Virus record (IMG/VR): IMGVR_UViG_3300008113_000108
Location: 1 to 64,000 of that record
Length of the DNA stretch: 64,000 bases
Direction: 5' to 3' (one strand)
DNA from: a virus
Shown: piece by piece, positions 57,870 to 64,000 of the stretch
How the letters are laid out: each line of letters opens with the position of its first letter
Position numbering within the stretch: the stretch's first letter is position 1
Notes under the pieces: model-generated
Seen by the model: the letters and a program-made list of their open reading frames with translations, nothing else
The model's database searches: none
Told to the model about the DNA's origin: nothing
Program-made: the position numbers and the translations under genes

Positions 57870-60358
57870 GGTTTTATACCAACGTACAACTCATTCGTGA
57901 TGTAGTTCACTATCGTGGCTACAACAATGGAGTTCAGGAAATATTCCAGGACAAGTTTTCTCCTACTCTCTTTGTTCCATCCAAGAAGGAAAGTAAATAT
58001 AAAACTCTAGATGGGGAATGCGTAAGTCCTATCAAATTTGATAAGACTAATGATGCAAAAGACTTTCTCAAGAAGTATGAGGATGTAAACAACTTTGTTG
58101 TTTATGGTTACGAGAGATTTCTGTATCAATACATTGCAGATCAGTTTCCAGAAGAGGAAATCAAGTTTGATATTTCTTCAATGAAGATCGTCTCTCTTGA
58201 TATTGAGGTTGCATGTGAGAACGGGTTTCCTAATGTGGAAGCTGCTGCCGAAGAAATGCTTTGTATTACAATCAAAGATATCAATACAAAGCAACTGATT
58301 GTATGGGGTGTTCGTGAGTATGAGAACACTCGCTCAGATGTTGAGTATCGAGTATTCTGGACTGAGCAGGAAATGCTTCAAGACTTCCTGAATTGGTGGG
58401 TTCAGAATACTCCCGATGTTGTGACTGGGTGGAACGTATACCTTTACGATATTCCATACATCATGCGTAGGCTAGATAAAGTTCTATCTACAAAGCATAT
58501 GAAATCTATTTCTCCCTGGACTGTAGTGACCAATCGAGAAGTAGTAATCATGGGTAGACCACATATCATCTATGAGATTGCAGGTCTATCTGTTCTAGAC
58601 TATCTTGATCTGTATAAAAAATTCACATATACAAACCAGGAATCATATCGTCTAGATCATATTGCATTTGTTGAGCTTGGAGAAAAGAAACTAGATCACT
58701 CCGAGTTTGAAAACTTCAAAGACTTCTATACAAAAGATTGGCAGAAGTTCATTGATTATAACATTCATGACGTAGAACTTGTTGACCGCATGGATGACAA
58801 GATGAAACTGATTGAACTTGCAATCACCATGGCGTATGACGCAAAGGAGAACTTTGAAGATGTTTATTCTCAAGTAAAGACTTGGGACAATATCATCTTC
58901 AACTATCTAAAGCGTAAGCACATTGTAGTTCCTCCAAAAGTCAGTCAAAAGAAGGATTATGCATATGAAGGTGCATATGTAAAGGATCCTATTTTGGGTA
59001 AGCATGAGTGGGTGGTTTCATTTGACTTGAACTCACTGTATCCTCACCTCATCATGCAATACAATATCTCTCCTGAAACTCTTCTACAAGAGAGATTCCC
59101 AAGCATTAATGTAGATAAACTTCTCCATAAACAAATTGATACCAGTTCACTAGAATGTGCTACGGTATGTGCCAATGGAGCAATGTTTGATACTCATGAG
59201 CAAGGGTTCCTTCCCAAACTGATGGAGAAGATCTATGAAGACCGAACCATCTACAAAAAGAAGATGCTTGCTGCCAAACAGCAATACGAAAAGACTCCAA
59301 CGACGGAGTTGAAGAAAGAGATCGCCAGATGCAATAACATTCAGATGGCACGTAAGATTCAACTTAACTCTGCCTATGGTGCCATCGGAAATGAATACTT
59401 TAGGTATTTCCTGATCACCAACGCAGAAGCTATTACTCTTTCTGGTCAGCTTTCAATTCGCTGGATTGAAAACAAGATGAATGCGTATCTAAATAAAATT
59501 CTCAAGACAGATAACGAAGATTATGTTGTTGCTTCAGATACTGATTCCATCTATCTCAATATGGGTCCTTTGGTCTCTCATATATTCAAGGGAAGAGAAG
59601 CGACTACTGAGAAAATTGTCAATTTCATTGATAAGATCTGTACGGTGGAACTTGAGCCTTATATTGAAAGTTCTTACCAAGAACTGGCGAACTATGTGAA
59701 TGCATATTCCCAGAAGATGAAGATGAAACGTGAGAACATTGCAGATAAAGGAATCTGGACTGCAAAGAAACGTTACATTCTCAACGTATGGGACTCTGAG
59801 GGTGTAAGATACGAGAAACCCAAGATGAAAATCATGGGTCTTGAAACTGCACGATCCTCCACGCCATCATACTTCAGAGATAAATTGACTAAGGCATTTG
59901 AAATTATTCTGATGAAGGATAATGATGTTCTGATTGATTTCATCAATAAGGTTAAGATGGAAACTAGAAGACAAGATATTGTAGACATTTCATTCCCTCG
60001 TAGTTTGAACAATCTCAAGAAATACAAGGGATCATCTACACTGTATGCTCCAAAAACTCCAATCCAAGTCAGAGGAGCAATTCTATACAATCATCTTGTT
60101 AAAAAATTAAAGATTGCCAATAAGTATCCATATATTCAGGAAGGAGAAAAGATCAAGTTTGTATACTTGAAAACTCCTAACCCAATTCAAGAAAATGTGA
60201 TATCATATTTTCAAACACTGCCTCCAGAGTTTAATGTGCATAAGTATATTGACTTTGATATGCAGTTTTCCAAGAGCTTTCTAGAACCACTCAACTCAGT
60301 ACTAAATTCTATTGGCTGGGTTTCTGAAAGACGAGGAACACTAGAAGCATTTTTGTAA
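57866..60358 (+). CDS. gp43: Family B DNA polymerase gp43
   Basis: DIEV, GWN..YDIPY, SFDLNSLYPHL, KIQLNSAYGA, SDTDS, KKRY. Confidence 0.97.
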   Translation: MRFYTNVQLIRDVVHYRGYNNGVQEIFQDKFSPTLFVPSKKESKYKTLDGECVSPIKFDKTNDAKDFLKKYEDVNNFVVYGYERFLYQYIADQFPEEEIKFDISSMKIVSLDIEVACENGFPNVEAAAEEMLCITIKDINTKQLIVWGVREYENTRSDVEYRVFWTEQEMLQDFLNWWVQNTPDVVTGWNVYLYDIPYIMRRLDKVLSTKHMKSISPWTVVTNREVVIMGRPHIIYEIAGLSVLDYLDLYKKFTYTNQESYRLDHIAFVELGEKKLDHSEFENFKDFYTKDWQKFIDYNIHDVELVDRMDDKMKLIELAITMAYDAKENFEDVYSQVKTWDNIIFNYLKRKHIVVPPKVSQKKDYAYEGAYVKDPILGKHEWVVSFDLNSLYPHLIMQYNISPETLLQERFPSINVDKLLHKQIDTSSLECATVCANGAMFDTHEQGFLPKLMEKIYEDRTIYKKKMLAAKQQYEKTPTTELKKEIARCNNIQMARKIQLNSAYGAIGNEYFRYFLITNAEAITLSGQLSIRWIENKMNAYLNKILKTDNEDYVVASDTDSIYLNMGPLVSHIFKGREATTEKIVNFIDKICTVELEPYIESSYQELANYVNAYSQKMKMKRENIADKGIWTAKKRYILNVWDSEGVRYEKPKMKIMGLETARSSTPSYFRDKLTKAFEIILMKDNDVLIDFINKVKMETRRQDIVDISFPRSLNNLKKYKGSSTLYAPKTPIQVRGAILYNHLVKKLKIANKYPYIQEGEKIKFVYLKTPNPIQENVISYFQTLPPEFNVHKYIDFDMQFSKSFLEPLNSVLNSIGWVSERRGTLEAFL

Positions 60359-60378
60359 ATTATTATTAGGAGTTAATC

Positions 60379-61419
60379 ATGAGTTTCTTAAATAGTGTTA
60401 TCAAAGAGTTAGATAACGAGTATGCAGGAATCGTCGAAGATGGAGTCGCCGCAGGAGATTGTGGGGGCTTTGTTGACACTGGGAGTTATATCTTTAATGC
60501 TCTCCTTAGTGGCAGTATTTTTGGGGGGCTACCTAACAACAAGATTACAGCTCTCGCTGGTGAGTCATCTACTGGAAAAACTTTCTTTGCTCTCTCAATC
60601 GTTAAATTCTTCCTTCAACAGAATCCTGATGGAGAAGTAATTTACTTTGAAACTGAGTCTGCAATTACCAAGGATATGATGACCAGTCGTGGTATTGATG
60701 CCAAACGAGTTGGTCTAGTTCCAGTATCTACAGTTCAGGAGTTTCGTACTCAATCAATCAAGGTTGTGGATGAGTACATGAAGCTAGCCAAGGGGGATCG
60801 TCCACCCCTGATGTTTGTGCTAGACTCTCTGGGAATGCTTGCGACCACCAAGGAGATCGAGGATGCCTCTGCAGGCAAGGAAACCAGGGATATGACACGT
60901 TCACAGGTTATTAAGTCTGTGTTCCGAATTCTTTCTCTCAAGCTAGGTACTGCTGGCATTCCTATGATTGTCACTAACCATACCTATGATGTTATTGGAT
61001 CATACATGCCAACCAAAGAAATGGGTGGTGGCTCTGGTCTGAAGTATGCTGCTTCCACAATCATCTATCTGTCAAAATCAAAAGAGAAGGATGGAACCGA
61101 AGTTGTAGGTAACATCATCAAGTGCAAAGCATTCAAGTCTAGGTTTACAAAAGAAAATTCTCTAATTGAAACGAGGTTGTTTTATGATGAACGTGGACTT
61201 GACAAGTACTATGGACTACTGGAGCTGGGTGAGAAGTACGGAATTTTCACTAAGTCAGGTGGGCGTTATGAAATTGCTGGTGGCAAGTATTATGCTAAGG
61301 CTATTCTTTCGGAGCCTGATAAATTCTTTACGCCAGAAGTGATGCAGGCACTTGACGAATGTGCCAAAAAGGAGTATAGTTACGGAGCGGTAGAGACCTT
61401 TGATGGAGAAGATGATTGA
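60379..61419 (+). CDS. uvsX: RecA-like recombinase UvsX
   Basis: [30 protein letters not shown]. Confidence 0.95.
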   Translation: MSFLNSVIKELDNEYAGIVEDGVAAGDCGGFVDTGSYIFNALLSGSIFGGLPNNKITALAGESSTGKTFFALSIVKFFLQQNPDGEVIYFETESAITKDMMTSRGIDAKRVGLVPVSTVQEFRTQSIKVVDEYMKLAKGDRPPLMFVLDSLGMLATTKEIEDASAGKETRDMTRSQVIKSVFRILSLKLGTAGIPMIVTNHTYDVIGSYMPTKEMGGGSGLKYAASTIIYLSKSKEKDGTEVVGNIIKCKAFKSRFTKENSLIETRLFYDERGLDKYYGLLELGEKYGIFTKSGGRYEIAGGKYYAKAILSEPDKFFTPEVMQALDECAKKEYSYGAVETFDGEDD

Positions 61420-62798
61420 TGGATAGAATTGAATCCAAGATTCTTTCAAACTTAATTTATGATGAACGGTACACCAGAAAAGTAATTCCATTTATTAAGG
61501 ACACTTACTTTGAACTTCTATCTGAAAAAATTGTATTTCAGGAAATTCACAACTATGTGATGAAGTATGATGATATTCCTTCCAAGTCTGTTCTCAAAAT
61601 CGAGATCGAGAATCGGAAGGATATCTCAGATGACATTTTTCAGACTTCAGTTAATCTAGTCAATGATCTCAAAGAAGAAAAATTTGATGATCAGTGGCTA
61701 CTAGACACTACTGAAAAATGGTGCAAAGATAGAGCCATTTATTTGGCTCTATTAGAATCAGTTAAAATTGCAGATGGAAAGGATAAGACTAGGAGCAAAG
61801 ATTCCATTCCGTCTATTCTTTCCGATGCACTATCAGTTTCATTTGATGAACACGTTGGTCACGACTACATTTCAGACTCAGAATCCAGATATGATTTTTA
61901 TCACAAAAAAGAAGACAAAATCCCATTCGACATTGAACTCCTCAACAAAATTACAAAAGGTGGTATCCCTAATAAGACTCTCAACGTCGCTCTTGCTGGT
62001 ACGGGTGTCGGGAAAAGTTTATTCATGTGCCACATGGCTAGCTCCGTGCTCTTGCAGGGGCGCAATGTTCTCTACATTACACTTGAAATGGCAGAAGAAC
62101 GCATTGCTGAACGAATTGATGCGAACCTCTTGAATGTAAATATTCAGGATATTATAGATCTCCCCAAATCAACTTACGAATCTAAAGTTAACAAACTAGC
62201 AGAGAAGACCAGAGGCAAGTTGATTATCAAAGAATATCCAACTGCATCTGCTCATGTTGGACATTTCAAATCTCTTCTAACTGATCTCGCATTAAAGAAA
62301 GGATTTAAGCCAGATATCATCTTCATTGATTATCTAAATATCTGTGCATCTTCTCGATACAAAGGAACACTGGTAAACTCTTACACATATGTAAAAGCTA
62401 TTGCCGAAGAGTTACGTGGTCTTGCTGTAGAGTGCAATGTTCCAATTGTATCTGCAACACAAACAACTCGTCAAGGTTATGGCAACACTGATGTAGAGCT
62501 TACTGATACTTCCGAATCCTTTGGTCTTCCTGCTACTGCTGACTTCATGTTTGCTCTTATTAGCACAGAAGAACTTGAAGCTCTAAATCAAATCATGATC
62601 AAGCAGTTAAAAAATCGTTATAACGACCCAACCTCATACAAGAGATTCGTCGTGGGTATTGACAGAGCCAAGATGAAGCTGTATAATGTAGAGGACAGTG
62701 CTCAGAAAAATCTGACTGATTCTGGTCAGAAAGATGATGAGTACGATGAAAAACTATCCAAAAAACAAACTAGATCATTTGAAGGTTTTAAAGTATGA
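61419..62798 (+). CDS. gp41: Replicative helicase gp41
   Basis: AGTGVGKS, TLEM, IDYL, ATQTTR, SESFGLPATAD. Confidence 0.96.
   Translation: MDRIESKILSNLIYDERYTRKVIPFIKDTYFELLSEKIVFQEIHNYVMKYDDIPSKSVLKIEIENRKDISDDIFQTSVNLVNDLKEEKFDDQWLLDTTEKWCKDRAIYLALLESVKIADGKDKTRSKDSIPSILSDALSVSFDEHVGHDYISDSESRYDFYHKKEDKIPFDIELLNKITKGGIPNKTLNVALAGTGVGKSLFMCHMASSVLLQGRNVLYITLEMAEERIAERIDANLLNVNIQDIIDLPKSTYESKVNKLAEKTRGKLIIKEYPTASAHVGHFKSLLTDLALKKGFKPDIIFIDYLNICASSRYKGTLVNSYTYVKAIAEELRGLAVECNVPIVSATQTTRQGYGNTDVELTDTSESFGLPATADFMFALISTEELEALNQIMIKQLKNRYNDPTSYKRFVVGIDRAKMKLYNVEDSAQKNLTDSGQKDDEYDEKLSKKQTRSFEGFKV
62659..62687 (+). promoter_or_regulatory. Perfect sigma70 promoter inside the gp41 3' end (drives mazG)
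   Basis: TTGACA-17 bp-TATAAT. Confidence 0.8.
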
Positions 62799-63235
62799 CA
62801 AAAAAGCTAATTAGTCTCAACGCATATCAAGATTTCGTTGGCGATACTACTAGTCTGGCTTCCAGTAATCCAGAAGAATTTGTAAATCGTATCAAAGAAG
62901 TTGAGCGGAAAAATCCAGAGGACAACGTAAATGCTGCTGGTGTTGATCTAAACCGACTTCTGACTGCTGCTATTGGTCTTACTGCTGAGGGTGGTGAGTT
63001 TGCTGAAGTTGTTAAAAAGATTGCTTTCCAGGGCAAACCTTACAATGAACAGTCACGAATTCACATGATCAAAGAGCTTGGTGATGTGATGTGGTATATT
63101 GCACAGGGTTGTATTGCTCTTGGAACTGACATCGAAGAAGTCCTAGAGACCAACGTAGAGAAGCTAACTGCTCGTTATCCTGAAGGAGTATTCCGAGTAT
63201 TCCATTCTGAAAACCGTAAAGAAGGAGATATCTGA
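62795..63235 (+). CDS. mazG: MazG-like pyrophosphohydrolase
   Basis: GLTAEGGEFAEVVKK, KELGDVMWY, NVEKL..RYP. Confidence 0.92.
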   Translation: MTKKLISLNAYQDFVGDTTSLASSNPEEFVNRIKEVERKNPEDNVNAAGVDLNRLLTAAIGLTAEGGEFAEVVKKIAFQGKPYNEQSRIHMIKELGDVMWYIAQGCIALGTDIEEVLETNVEKLTARYPEGVFRVFHSENRKEGDI

Positions 63236-63654
63236 TGAACGTGAATGACTGCCTAAGTGATCTCTTTGGGAAAAATTCTACGATGATTTTGTCCGATATT
63301 GATAAGATTAGATCTCTAGGACAGTCATTTAACTTCACAGTTTCTGAACACAAAAAGTTTACAATTGCACTTAGGAATGCTGAAATGTCATTGCGAAAGA
63401 ATTCAGCATTCCTAAATTTTATTTCTAAAAATCAAAACTTTTATTTGTTTGTTGTATTTAAACAATTCATACAAACTGGAAATAAGTTAGATACCTTTGA
63501 AGAGTATTACACTAAATTTGGCACACGATACAAAAACAAAATTTCTACCTACGGATTGCAATTCTTCAAACTATATAAACAAAGTTTTGAAGAACTTTAT
63601 AAAATAGCAAATTATTTGCACACTGCAAAATCTATTGTGACAGTTAGAATTTGA
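63235..63654 (+). CDS. AT-rich hypothetical protein
   Basis: ORF track; start overlaps mazG stop. Confidence 0.6.
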   Translation: MNVNDCLSDLFGKNSTMILSDIDKIRSLGQSFNFTVSEHKKFTIALRNAEMSLRKNSAFLNFISKNQNFYLFVVFKQFIQTGNKLDTFEEYYTKFGTRYKNKISTYGLQFFKLYKQSFEELYKIANYLHTAKSIVTVRI

Positions 63655-63686
63655 CCTAAATAATAAATGTAGAACTTTTGTTTTTG

Positions 63687-64000
63687 ATGAAGACATTTAC
63701 ACAATTTATAACAGAAGCAAGAACTCCCGCAGGAAAGGAAGCGGAGAAGAAAGGTCTTGTCCATATGGGCAAGGGTTACTATTCAAATGCCAAGGGAGAG
63801 ATTGTAGCTAAGAGTGAGCAGGGCGGACAGAAGTTAGTTTCTATTTCAAAAGACGAGAAACAAAAATTAAAGAATGGTCAACCTTTAATGGGACCATCTT
63901 CAATGGCAGATGTTCAAAATGCACCTGCTCCACAACAACAATCGCAACCACAAGATGCAACCGCAGAGCCTGATCAGCTAGAGCATGGTCAAGGTCCTGC
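63687..64000 (+). CDS. Late protein with capsid-targeting-like N-terminus (partial)
   Basis: TAAATA at 63657; MKTFTQFITEARTPAGKEAEKKGLVHMGKGYY..., open to window end. Confidence 0.75.
   Translation, partial: MKTFTQFITEARTPAGKEAEKKGLVHMGKGYYSNAKGEIVAKSEQGGQKLVSISKDEKQKLKNGQPLMGPSSMADVQNAPAPQQQSQPQDATAEPDQLEHGQGP

Noticed and set aside
33554-60358. Introns, inteins or homing endonucleases in gp17, gp20, gp23, uvsW, gp46 and gp43
   Set aside because: All are continuous ORFs of ordinary length
663-63353. Numerous minus-strand and alternate-frame ORFs in the track (e.g. 1656-2096, 4559-5119, 27324-27878, 41179-41550, 54295-54672, 61768-62133)
   Set aside because: Shadows of well-supported plus-strand genes; no recognisable motifs or RBS
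1-64000. tRNA genes and alternative genetic code
   Set aside because: No cloverleaf recognised in the intergenic gaps; TAA, TAG and TGA all end conserved genes at expected positions, and the gene breaks are frame changes rather than in-frame stops

Overview
Segment of a T4-like (myovirus) cyanophage genome, most likely infecting freshwater Synechococcus/Cyanobium. This is inferred from the gene order, absence of gp24 after gp23, TAAATA late promoters, an NblA-like gene, hsp20, mazG, a cobS-like gene and tandem glnA riboswitches. Layout: (1) 1-2400, a GC-richer early region of small ORFs, most with their own host-type promoter; (2) ~2300-2700, a non-coding boundary element; (3) 2.9-43.7 kb, virion genes (PAAR, gp25, gp6, gp7, gp8, VrlC-like, fibre, gp13-gp23, gp3); (4) 43.7-64 kb, recombination, replication and transcription genes (uvsY, uvsW, gp55, gp47/46, VWA-peptidase plus MoxR AAA+, gp45/44/62, regA, hsp20, gp43, uvsX, gp41, mazG). 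The most interesting signal is a set of cis-elements that appear to wire phage expression to host physiology: four consecutive early promoters lacking a -35 but carrying RpaB/HLR1-like direct repeats at an activator position, five AT(A/C)AG-N5-CT(T/G)AT LysR-type boxes, and a late-promoter-driven tandem glutamine riboswitch. Three structural genes (gp6, the gene after gp16, gp22) have frame breaks that look like missing segments, possibly assembly gaps. All family assignments come from motif recognition and synteny; no database search was run.
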